In this document: in pieces, positions 37,803 through 49,417 of the stretch
How positions within the stretch are numbered: the stretch's first letter is position 1
How the letters are laid out: the number at the start of each line of letters is the position of its first letter
Source: Chiloscyllium plagiosum
Taxonomy: Eukaryota
Direction: 5' to 3'
Assembly (NCBI RefSeq): GCF_004010195.1
Contig: NC_057750.1
Span: forward strand, 2,610,112-2,674,111
Length of the DNA: 64,000 bases
Translations under genes and position numbers: made by a program
The notes under the pieces: generated by a model
Seen by the model: the letters and a program-made list of their open reading frames with translations, nothing else
Database searches by the model: none
Told to the model about the DNA's origin: nothing

Positions 37803-38898
37803 AGACAGACACAGACACACACTCACTAAGCTCCCACGTTTCCTGCCAAATACTGAGCACTCACTTCCCTTAAAGGGATCAGCTGTAACCAGGAGGTTTG
37901 CATAAAAATTAAACCTCGGGCAATGAGGACTGACCTCCTCCAAGCGTCACTCTGTCAGCTCTAAGCCATTTCCTTCCAGTCCATCAAAAGCACTTCAATA
38001 CTTGCAGCGAAGAGCTTTGAGCTGGTTGGGATAAAAGGGAAAATATCTTAAAGGCAAAGTCCTTGAATTGAATTTGTGCCTGCCCGGAAAATAATGTGTG
38101 ATTAAAAACCCACAACAATTTGCCTTTCCCTTTGGAATGTTTTTCTTTCGGCTTGTGATGCTTTGCAAATGATCTTTATTAATTAGTTCATGGAGAAAAG
38201 GCCGCTTATTGAGGATTTTTCTTTCCCTCTTTCTGATTTATGCAATAGTTTTCGACATTTCCACTCTCAAAGGTGGGATGTGGCAAATCAGACCCCACTG
38301 CCCGGAACTTCATACAGTGTATTTCTTGGGAGGGTTAGTAACGTGTGACCTGCTCCTATCTCCACACACACACGGTTAAAGTGTGTGACTGTGCAGGGGC
38401 TCTGTCTTTTATGTATCAGACAATTGTGCTCCAATCCCCACTCAAAGGAATCACAAAGATCATCAAGGCTGACTCTCAGAGTGCAGGGCTGAAGGAAGAC
38501 TGCTCAGTCGTAGGTACCATTCCTGCCTTCTCTGGTGGGTGTTAAAGATCCCACGGCCACTGTTTCAAGAAGATCAGGGAGACTGTCCCCTGTAACCTGG
38601 TTCACATTCGTCGAGAGGCCATTCAGCCCATCGAGTCCTGCACCAACCATTTGAAGGGTGACACATTCTACATTTAGATTGGCCAGCCCACCTAACCTGC
38701 ACATCTTTAGACTGTGGGAGGGAACCAGGGCATCCAGTGTACTTAAGAAAGACTGTTTCTTCCTTATTTTTCCAATTAATGTTCAGAAGGACTACAATGT
38801 TAACTTTTAACTTTGTTTTTCTACCATATTAAGAAAATGGTAATGCTCTATTTTTAACTTTGTATCTCTATGTTAATACTTGTACCTAAGTTTTGTAC

Positions 38899-39126
38899 TG
38901 GGTAAAAACAATGACTGCAGATGCTGGAAACCAGATTCTAGATTAGAGTGGTGCTGGAAAAGCACAGCAGTTCAGGCAGCATCCGAGGAGCAGTAAGATT
39001 GATGTTTCGGGCAAAAGCCCTTCACCAGGATTCCTGATGAAAGGCTTTTGCCCGAAACGTCGATTTTCCTGCTCCTCGGATGCTGCCCGAACTGCTGTGC
39101 TTTTCCAGCACCGCTCTAATCTAGAA
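38899..39126. mobile_element. Palindromic Penelope-like terminal-repeat insertion (family A) with 13-bp TSD
   Basis: Arms 38936-39030 and 39032-39126; ctaagttttgtac duplicated at 38886-38898 and 39127-39139. Confidence 0.85.
39026..39071 (+). ncRNA. Minimal hammerhead ribozyme motif (family A)
   Basis: CAGGAUUC-CUGAUGA-A-AGGC-UUUU-GCCC-GAAA-CGUC^GAUUUUCCUG. Intact core and GUC triplet; one A-C mismatch at the base of stem II. Confidence 0.65.
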
Positions 39127-40794
39127 CTAAGTTTTGTACCATCAAACCTGCTCCAACAGTCAGTGAGATCGTGGCTGATCTGATAATCCTCAACTCAACT
39201 TTCCTGCCTTTTCCCCATAATCCTTCCCTAATTCCCTCACTGATTAAGAATCTGTCTATCTCAGCCTTGAGTGTACTTAATGACTCAACAGCCCTGTGCA
39301 GTAAAGGATTCCACAGACTGACAAAGTTCTGAGAGAAGAAATTCCTCATCTCCCTATCCTAAATGGACAATCCCCGATTCTGAGGTTATGTCCTCTGGTC
39401 CTAGACTCTCTCAGTTGCGAGTTGAAAGTATGTAAGAGAGAAAGGGATTCAAAATCTATTGTCCCCTGGGCAGGCACAGAAATCACAAAAATTTCAATGC
39501 TACCCCCCAAGCTGAACTCCATGGGTTCCCTCGAATCTGGGTGCCAACTGTACCCCTTTGTCCCAGGCTCTGACCTTGCCACCTCTATAATGAGGCACTC
39601 CAGCTGAGATCGCTGGACAGTGACCACTTTGGGAGTTCAGCAAAAATCTTTATTGATCTAATCTTGGCATTTAATTCCAGCCACCTCACAGCACAGTCTT
39701 CCCAGTAGAGAAACCGCATAAGATGGTTTGGTTAGACAGCACGATTTAACAATAGCTGCTGCAATTATGTAGTAGAGAGTCTCAAGGAGTGTCACAGGAA
39801 CCTTATTAAATAAAATTAGAGCCTGAGCCACATCAGGAGGTGTTAGGGTAGGGTGGCCAAAAAAAAAATCTAGGTCAAAGGGGGAGATTTTAAGGGCTGT
39901 CTTAAAAGAGAAAAACAAGAGGGGGGGGGGCAGAGATGTGGAAGGAGGCAATCTCAGAGCTTCAGGTCTGGGCTGTGACTGGTGAGGCAGTTAAATTTGG
40001 GGGATGCTGAACATGCCAGAATGAGAGGGGTACAGAGATCTCAGCTGGTTATGGGAATGCAGGAAGTTGAGAGAGGCAGGGGAGGAGTGAGGCCATGGAG
40101 GGATTTGTAAGCAAGGATAAGAATTTTTCAATCAAAGTATTGCCCAACCACGAGCTGGCGGGGTCAGGAACAGAGGGTGGGGGGAGAATAAGAGTGTGAA
40201 GGTGATTCAAATGTGAATATTAAGACAAATAGAGGTTGTTTTGGATGACTTTAAACCTAGGGATGATTCAAGATTAGGGGGTGGGGGAGCAGCTGGTGTT
40301 ATATTAGAATAGCGACACCTGGAGTGAAAGTGGGGATGAGGGTTTCAGCAGCAGATCAGCAGAATGCACTGGACAGGCCTTGCTCTTCACACCATGAGAC
40401 AGGAAGGGAAGCTCAGAAGAATCAGGTGCTGATGAAGATGACACAGTTTGTGGGTGGAACTTAACTGGCAACACGATATTGTCACAAAGTCTATTTGTCA
40501 CTTTGGGGATACAATTACTGGAAACAACTGGAGGGAAGCAGATCTCATTGTGTGTAACGTACGACACAAAGTGTCAGAGAGTTTGAACAGCCAGGAGTGT
40601 GCTTTGGGGTAATCCCAGACAGAACAGCAGAGTAGCAAAATATGGGAGCAAATCATTCCTGATACATTGTGTCCTTCTGTTTTTGCACTTGTTGTTAAGA
40701 AATATGGCTGGACAGGCAGATTCAGGTAGTAAGTGATATTAAACTGTAAAGGTCAAATTGTCCGTCTACAATAGGAGGAGGAAAACCAACAAAC

Positions 40795-41155
40795 AATTTC
40801 TTGCATTTTTGTAGCGCCTTTCACAACCTCAGGACATCTCAAAATACTGCACAGCCCATTAGCTACTTTGTGAAGGGTAGTCACTTGTGAATCATGACAG
40901 ACAATTTGTGCACAGATCGCACAAACAGCTTTGTGATAATGAGCAGGTCGACTGATTTAGTTTTTGCGATTTTCATTGAAGGAACAACTGTTGCCCGCAT
41001 CACCAGGATGAATGCTCTCTTCTGATTCAAGGTGGTGCTGCAGGATTCTTAGCTCAACCCAAGAAGCCAAACAAAGTTTCAGTTCAATACTTCATCTGAA
41101 ACACTGTACTCTGCAGCAGTGCCACACTCCGCTAAGAGGATTAGCCTTGATTTTG
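40795..41155 (-). mobile_element. Deu-domain SINE-like remnant (also 38450-38610+, 45240-45330+, 8580-8790-)
   Basis: Resembles the recalled DeuSINE core (aaagatccca.ggc.actgtttcaagaag...) and its tail (gttgtgaaaggcgctacaaaaatgcaag). Confidence 0.6.
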
Positions 41156-41833
41156 GGAAGTCACATGACACAAGGTTATAGTCCAACAGATTTATTTGAA
41201 ATCTCAAACTTTCAGAGCGCTGTTCCTTTGTCAGGCTCTGAAAGCTTGTGATATCTGTGTGACTTCTGACTTTGTCCACCCAAGTCCAACGCTGGCACCT
41301 CCACACCCTGATTTTGGGACTAAAATATGTACAACTATCGAGTCATAGAGATGTACAGCATGGAAACAGACCCTTCAGTCCAACTCATCCATGCTGACCA
41401 GATATTCTAAATTAATTTAGTCCCATTTGCCAGCACTTTTGTCCCATAGTCTACACACTTCCTATTCATATACCCATCCAGATGCCTTTTAAATGTAATT
41501 GTACCAGTCTCCACCACTTCCTCTGGCAGCTCATTCCACACGTACCACCCTCTGTGTGAAAAAGTTGCCCCTTAGGTCCCTTTTAAATCTTTCCCCTCTC
41601 GCCCTAAATCTATGTCCTCTAGTTCTGGACTCCCCCACGTCAGGGAAAAGACCTTCTCTATTTATCCTATCCATGTCCCTCATGATTTTATAAACCTCTA
41701 TAAGGTCACCCCTCAGCCTCCGACGCTCCAGGGAAAGCAGCCCCAGCCTATTCAACCTCTCCCTATAGCTCAAACCCTCCAACCCTGGTAACATCCTGAA
41801 TGGGTTAGAAGCATATGATCCCTCACTACCGAG

Positions 41834-42032
41834 AAATGTGTTGCTGGAAAAGCGCAGCAGGTCAGGCAGCATCAAAGGAGCAGGAGAATCGATGTTTTAG
41901 GCAGAAATCCTAAAGAAGGGCTTATGCCTGAAACATCGATTCTCCTGCTCCTTTGATGCTGCCTGACCTGCTGCGCTTTTCCAGCAACACATTTTTCAGC
42001 TCTGATCTCCAGCATCTGCAGTCCTCACTTTT
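41834..42032. mobile_element. Palindromic family A insertion with 15-bp TSD
   Basis: tccctcactac(c/t)gag at 41819-41833 and 42033-42047; decayed hammerhead cores at the centre. Confidence 0.8.
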
Positions 42033-43499
42033 TCCCTCACTACTGAGCCTGGTCTTGCATATCTCCATTTACACAAGAGGCCCAAAAAATGATCAGAGCA
42101 ACATCAAACTTTACTGTAAGTCTGAGGGGCATGGAGAGGTACATAGACAAGGTGTTTTCCCTGAGTTGGGGGAATCCAGAACTAGAGAGCTTAGTTTTAG
42201 GGTGAGGGGGGAAAATTTAAAAAAGACCTAAGAGGCAACTTTTTCACACAGAGGGTGGTGTGTGTATGGAAGTGGTGGAGGCTGGTACAATTACAGCATT
42301 TAAAAGGCATCTGGATGGGTATATGAATAGGAAGGGTGCAGAGGACCAAGTGCTGGCAAATGGAACTAGATTAGACTAGGATATCTAGTCGGCATGGACG
42401 AGTTGGGCCATAGTGTCTGTTTCCATGCTGTATGTCTCTATGGTTCACTTTGGAAGTTGCTGATTGTTTGAGATGTGTACTACTTATAACCACAAGGTGG
42501 CGACAATTACTGCAATTGGCTCCTAAACCAAGTCGTTCAGTTCAGTGTGAACCTTAGGCAATAAAAATCCTTCTAAAATAACAACAAAAAGAAGTTAAAA
42601 GTCCTGATAAAAGACTATCAACCTGAAAAGTTAACTTATTTTCTCAGTACAGATGCTGTCTGACCTGCTGAATTCTTCCAGCAGTTTTCTTTTGTTCACA
42701 TTGTAGATTTCCAGTCTCTACTGTATTTGGCCTTTGCATTAGGATATAATCTAAAATAAACTTTGTGTTTGTACAATGCCATGCCTTTTAATCAAGTTGC
42801 TGGTTGCCTGGTTAACCGAAAGCTCAAGCCATTTACACAATGAATCACTCTTTGAAGTTTGATGGCTGTTGTAATTTAGGCAAATACAGCAACCACTGGA
42901 ACGTCTAACATGCCACAGATAGAGCAGACCACTGACCAGTTCATAGAGTGATACAGCATGGAACAAGACCATTCAACCCATTGTGTCTGTACTAGCTCTT
43001 TGAAAGAGCTATGCAATAGTCCCATGCTGCCTCCCTCATTTCCTGTAACCCTGTTCTTTTTTTTCCATTGTATGGGGTGCAAGTTCATAATGCCCTGAAA
43101 GTGGAATTACAGACAGGCAGGGTAATAAAGAAGGGAGTTCTGAGCCAGGGTCATTGGACCTGAAACGTCTCTCTGCAGATGCTGCCAAACCTGCTGAGTT
43201 TTTCCAGTAATTCCTGTTTTTGTTAGTGAAGAAAGCGTTTGGTACTCTTGCCTTTATTGGTCAGTGCATTGAGTTGGGAGTCATGTTACGGCTGTACAGG
43301 ACATTGGTGAGGCCACGTTTGGAATCTGGCGTTCAATTCTGGTCTCCCTACTATCGGAAGGATGTTGTGAAACTTGAAAGGGTTCAGAAAAGATTTACAA
43401 GGATGCAGCCAGGATTGGAGGGTTTGAGCTACAGGGAAAGGCTGAGTAGGCTCAGTGTGGATAGGAAGCAGGGCCCAATGCTGTCTGCTTGAAGGACTG

Positions 43500-43897
43500 T
43501 AATGTTGAAATTTCTTTTTCTTTATTTTTCTAATTTATTCCTAAGATGTTGTACCTGGGTAACTTTGTACCTAAGATCGTGCTGTAAGTGGTGACTTTGT
43601 AAACTTTTCACCGTACTCATGTGAATATATGTGACAGTAAAACTTAACTCTAACTGTAACTCTAATTCCCTGGATTACCTTCAATGCCAGTATGATAAGA
43701 GGCCCAAAACTGTTCACAGTATTCCAGCTGTGATCTGACATTGGTGAGACCATTTTTGGATAATTGTGTACAATTCTGGTCACCCTGCTGTAGGAAAGAT
43801 GGTGTTAAACTAGAAAGAGTACAGAAAAAAATTCACAAGCATGTTGCTGGGACTGGAGGGTTTGAGTTATAGGGAGAGGCTGGGACATTTTTCCCTG
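43500..43897 (+). repeat. Arm A of a ~400-bp inverted composite duplication (partner ~48445-48823)
   Basis: tttctttatttttctaatttattcctaag...tggattaccttcaatgccagtat...gatctgacattggtgag is the reverse complement of 48445-48823, including the junction into a CR1 fragment. Confidence 0.88.
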
Positions 43898-46352
43898 AAG
43901 TGTGGGGAACTACGGGATTACTAAAGGGAGCGTGTATGGAAGTGGTGGAGGTGGGTACAATTACAACATTTAAAAGGCATCTGGACAGGAAAATGGATAG
44001 GAAGGATTTAGAGGGATATAGGCCAAGTGCTGGAAAATGGGATTAGATTGGATTTGGATATCTGGTTGACATGGACGAGTTGGACCAAAGGGTTTGTTTC
44101 CGTGCTGTACATCTCTATGACTGTATCTGATTCCTTTTTGATAGTTACTGCTGTATCAAACTCCAGTAATGCTTTCTAGATCACAACTTGCTCAGTAAAT
44201 TCCTTCTCTTACCTCTGCGTTGGTTTCTAACCTGTTAATTATATTAGTGCCCCTGGTCCTGAAGTCACTGGAAACAGCTTTCTCTTATTCACTTCAACGA
44301 TTTTGAACACCTTGATCAAATCTCCTTTGAACTTGCTGGGTTCTCCGAGCACTCCCAGCTCCTGCTCCCCATTTATTGGGACTGAGCAAGGAGATACCCC
44401 GGAAGTGCGGGAGGGGATGGTGAACGAGACCACCTAAAAACCTCCAGCTTTTGTTTTGTAGATGTTGCTGTGGTGTCAGTCACATGACCCTGAATCATTT
44501 GAAGAAGGTAAGAATTCATTCAGACTAAAACAGAGTGACGAGAGGGAGTGGTGTTAGATAACATTAACCAGGGCCACAAAATAACTGCTGTATTGCCTGG
44601 TTAATCCTGACGATCCACATACAACTCAACATGTGATGGCAACTGATGATATCATTGTGTTAAACATATGCCGAGAAACTGAACAGGTCGGGCAGCATCT
44701 GTGGAGAGAGAAAATGAGTGATTTTATTGTATTGTATCTATGTCTCTGGGATATCACAGCACAGTGTGGATAAATAGATGAAAACAAGGGTACAGACGCC
44801 CTTTAAGATACAGGGACGGGCAGTGGCAATGAGGAAAGATTGGATTTTCAATCCTTCAGGGGCAGGCAGTGGTGTTGTGGTAATGTCACTGGTTTAGCAA
44901 TGCAGAACCTCCAGCCAATAATGTTGAACCCATTGTGGCATATAGTGAAATTTCATTTCAAATTCAATGTACCCATTGTTGTAAAATCCCACCTGCTTCA
45001 CTCATGGCCTTTAGGGAAGGAAATCTGCCTCCCTTACCAGGTCTGGGCCAACATGTGACGCCAGATGTGCAGCAAGATGATTGATTCAGAGCTACCCACT
45101 GGGCAATATGGAATGAGTAATAAACACTGGCATGGACAGAGATCACCACAATCCTCCTCTGACTCACTGCAGGTCTACACTTGAGCAATTCATCTCCCTC
45201 CGTCTGACCTGCCTTGGTCAAGATACTAACAGGATCCATTTGTCTTTTCTGTTAAATGGATGCGATCCCTGGGACTGTTTCAAAGGATAGCTCCCCAGTG
45301 TCCGAATCCAACATCAACGCGTGTCAGTATCAATGTTGCAGGATGATAGGGATGGAGTGAGAGAGTCACTGGACGAGGAATCCAAAGCCAAATACTCCAG
45401 AACAGCAGCTGAGTGAAGTTGAATTCGATTTACAAATCAGCAATTAAAGCATTGTCTTTGGGCTCTCTTATGATGCAGTGATAGTGTCTCTACTCTGGAC
45501 CAGGAGGGGGTAGGAAGTTGAGGGGTGACCTTATAATGGTTTATAAAGTCATGACAGGGATCTTTTCCCTGGCAGGGAGTTCACATCTCAGGAGTGTCAT
45601 TTTTAAGATGGAAAGAGACAGTTTTAAAAAGGACATGAGGGGCAACTCTTTTACAGGGAGAATGTTTTGTATGTGGAATGGGCATCGAGAGCAAGTGGTG
45701 GAAGCTGTGTTCAAACGTCATTTGGATAAATACATGAATAGGAAAGATTTGGAGGGATATGGGCCAGGAGCAGGCAGGTGGGACTAATTCAGTTTCAGAT
45801 TATGGTCGGTATGGACTGTCTGGGCTGAAGGGTCTGTTTCTGTGCTGGATGACTCTATTATGACTGCAGTCAGCAAAGGTAGCACTGACCAGAGAAGGCT
45901 ACACTCTCATCGCCCCCTTTGAGGTCCCTCTTGACTATTTCGCTGGGCTCTGTTTCACATACTAACAGCTGACATTGTGGTGCAAAGAAAGCTCCTCTTT
46001 GTGTTTGCTGTCTCCCCTGGACCCGTCAAAGAAATTCCACATCTCGATTATCAACGTTAATTTCTCCAGATATAGCAACGAGGAAGTCTCAGAGACGACA
46101 CCAGTGTCAGCTGCAAGGCGGTTGGAGAGGGCGAGTGCTTGTTGCTGACAATTTCTGCGTGTCTGTGGTCAGCGCAGCGAGAGAGTAGCCTTGGCACTTC
46201 AGGGGAGGGCTGCCAAACTTGCAAATAACTTCCATCAATCCGTTCCTCCCTTTTCAGAACAGAAATGGTGCCTGTTTTCGACTCACCTTCAAAACCCATC
46301 CATTTCCGTTCCTGTCCTTCGCCACACTGCGCATTACTGTTTCCAGCAAGGT

Positions 46353-46550
46353 CAAAAGTCACACGACACCAGGGTATAGTCCAACAGGTTTATTCGGAAT
46401 CACAAGCTTTCGGAGCGCCGCTCCTTCATCAGGTGAAGGGGCATCACTCCAAAAGCTTGTGATTCCAAATAAACCTGTTGGACTATACCCTGGTGTCATG
46501 TGACTCTTGATCTTGTCCATCCCAGTCCATCGCCAGCACCTCCACATCAT
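46353..46550. mobile_element. Palindromic family B repeat (related copies at 1-36, 4460-4617, 20407-20530, 41158-41306, 55799-55964, 59722-59826)
   Basis: cacc agg(g/t)tatagtccaacaggtttatt ... aataaacctgttggactata(a/c)cctggtg inverted arms. Confidence 0.85.
46400..46436 (-). ncRNA. Minimal hammerhead ribozyme motif (Penelope-like repeat family B)
   Basis: Minus strand: UCAC-CUGAUGA-A-GGAGC-GGC-GCUCC-GAAA-GCUU^GUGA. Intact core, 5-bp stem II, 4-bp stem I, palindromic AAGCUU stem III, followed by AAUAAA. Confidence 0.75.
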
Positions 46551-48444
46551 ATACCCAACAGAGAGTCATAGAACTGCAAACACAGAAACAGACCCTTCGG
46601 TCCAACCCGTCCATGCCGACCAGATATCCCAACCCAATCTAGTCCCACCTGCCAGCATCCGGCCCTTATCCCTCCAAACCCTTCCTATTCATATACCCAT
46701 CCAAATGCCTTTTAAATGTTGCAATTGTACCAGCCTCCACCACTTCCTCTGGCAGCTCATTCCATACACGTACCACCCTCTGTGTGAAGTAATTGCACCT
46801 TAGGCCTCTTTTATATCTTTCCCCTCTCACCCAAAACCTATGCCCTTTAGTTCTGGACTCTCCCACCCCAGGAAAAAGACTTTGTCTATTTATCCTATCC
46901 ACGTCCCTCATAAATTTTGTAAACCTCTAAAAGGTCACCCCTCAGCCTCCGACGCTCCAGGGAAAACAGCCCCAGCCTATTCAACCTCTCCTTATAGCTC
47001 AAACCCTCCAACCCTGGCAACATCCTTGTAAATCTTTTCTGAACCCTTTTAAGTTTCACAACATCCTTCCTACAGCAGGAAAACCAGAATTACACACAGT
47101 ATTCCACCCTTTGGTACTGAATCCTTTCACTAAAGTTGAAGATTAGCTGGAATGTCTTTTGCTAATTCCAGCATAGTAGTAACTCAGCAAATAGGTAAAT
47201 CTCTGGATTATCTCCCAAAGTGAGTAAAAACTGTTCTACTCCACTCCCAGCTACATTTCTACCCTCCTTCACTGCCAAATGTTTCTATATAGGTTCTATT
47301 GGACAGTGGTGAGGCCTCTTCTGGAATACTGTTTCCAGTTCTGATCGCTCTGTGATAGGAAGGATATTATTAAACTGGAGAGGGTTCAGAAAGATTTACC
47401 AGGATGTTGCTGGCAATGGAGGGTTTGAGTTATGAAAATAGGCTGGATAGGTTGGGACTTTTTTCACTGGAACGTAGGAGGTTGAGGGCTTTATAAAATC
47501 ATGAGAGGCATAGAAAAGGTGAACAGCGAGGATCTTTTCCCTCGGGACATATTTTTAAGGTATGAGGAGAAAGTTTTAAGAAGACCATGAGCGGTAACAT
47601 TTTCACACAGACAGTGGTTCATGAGTGGAATGAACTGCCAGAGGAAGTGGTGGATGCAGGTACAGTTACAACATTTAAAAGAGATTTGGATAAATACATG
47701 AATAGGAAATGTCGGAGCGATATTGGTCAAACAGAGGAAAGTGGGACTAGTTTCGTTTGTAAACATGGTCAGCCTGGACTGTTCAGACCAAAGGGTCAGT
47801 TTCCATGCTGTATGACCTTGTGACACGCCATCTCTACCAGGTCAAACTGCAAGTAGTGACAGTGCAGAGGAACGTTGGGGTTCCTTGTGCATGAATCACA
47901 AAAAAACCAGCAACCAAGTTTAATGGGTATGAGGCAAGGCAAATGGAATGTTGGCCTTTAGTTAAACGCCAATAGAGTATAAAAGCAGGGAGGCTTTGTT
48001 TAAACAAGACACGAGTCAGAGAGTCAAAGTGTCATACAGCACAGAAACAAACCCTTTGGCCCAACTCGTCTGTGCTGACCAGGTTTCCTAAAGTGAACTA
48101 GTCCCATTTAGAGTCATAAAGTCATAGAGATCTATATGCCAGCGTTTGGCCCATATCCCTCTAAATCCTTCCTATTCATGTCCTCATCCAGATGCCTTTT
48201 AAATGTTGTAATTGTACCAGCCACCACCACTTCCTCTGGCAGCTCATTCCACACACAAACCACCCACTGCGTGGAAAAAGTTGCCACTTAGGTCCCTTTT
48301 AAACCTTTCCCCTGATCCTGAACCCATGCCCTCTAGTTCTGGACTCCCCCACCCCAGGGAAAGAGACCTTGTCTATTTATCTTATCCATGCCCCTCATGA
48401 TTTTATAAACTTCTATAATGTCACCCCTCAGCCTCTGGCGCTCC

Positions 48445-48823
48445 AGGGAAAAATGTCCCAGCCTATTCAGCCTTTCCTTATAACTCAAACCCTCCAGTCC
48501 CAGCAACACCCTTGTAAATTTTTTTTTCTGTACTCTTTCTAGTTTAACACAGCAGGGTGACCAGAATTGCACACAATAATCCAAAAATGGCCTCACCAAT
48601 GTCAGATCACAGCTAGAATACTGCGACCCTAAGGGAACGTATACTGGCATTGAAGGTAATCCAGGGAATTAGAATTACCGTTAAAGTTACTGTCACATAA
48701 ACTCACTACGGTGAAAAGTTTACAAAGTCACCACTTACGGCACAACCTTAGGTACAAAGTTACCCAGGTACAACACCTTAGGAATAAATTAGAAAAATAA
48801 AGAAATAAAAGGTTCACCATTAC
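48445..48823 (-). repeat. Arm B of the inverted composite duplication (partner 43500-43897)
   Basis: Reverse-complement match including the shared element/CR1 junction. Confidence 0.88.
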
Positions 48824-48834
48824 ATGCCCTCGCT

Positions 48835-48917
48835 CCAGTCTGCACCGGGCCTTGTCCCAGTTTGCACCGGGCCTTGTCCCAGTTTGCACCGGGCCTTGTT
48901 CCAGTCTGCACCGGGCC
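48835..48917. repeat. 22-bp GC-rich minisatellite running into the gap
   Basis: ccagt(c/t)tgcaccgggccttgt(c/t) at 48835, 48857, 48879 and 48901. Confidence 0.95.
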
Positions 48918-49417
48918 NNNNNNNNNNNNNNNNNNNNNNNNNNNNNNNNNNNNNNNNNNNNNNNNNNNNNNNNNNNNNNNNNNNNNNNNNNNNNNNNNNN
49001 NNNNNNNNNNNNNNNNNNNNNNNNNNNNNNNNNNNNNNNNNNNNNNNNNNNNNNNNNNNNNNNNNNNNNNNNNNNNNNNNNNNNNNNNNNNNNNNNNNNN
49101 NNNNNNNNNNNNNNNNNNNNNNNNNNNNNNNNNNNNNNNNNNNNNNNNNNNNNNNNNNNNNNNNNNNNNNNNNNNNNNNNNNNNNNNNNNNNNNNNNNNN
49201 NNNNNNNNNNNNNNNNNNNNNNNNNNNNNNNNNNNNNNNNNNNNNNNNNNNNNNNNNNNNNNNNNNNNNNNNNNNNNNNNNNNNNNNNNNNNNNNNNNNN
49301 NNNNNNNNNNNNNNNNNNNNNNNNNNNNNNNNNNNNNNNNNNNNNNNNNNNNNNNNNNNNNNNNNNNNNNNNNNNNNNNNNNNNNNNNNNNNNNNNNNNN
49401 NNNNNNNNNNNNNNNNN
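48918..49417. other. Assembly gap (500 N)
   Basis: Run of exactly 500 N; the round size suggests a scaffolding gap of unknown true length. Confidence 1.

Noticed and set aside
40380..40450. KLRRI... as a BBC3/PUMA BH3 motif
   Set aside because: Continues RC-stop with no (G/A)D-x-L core and no supporting exon structure.
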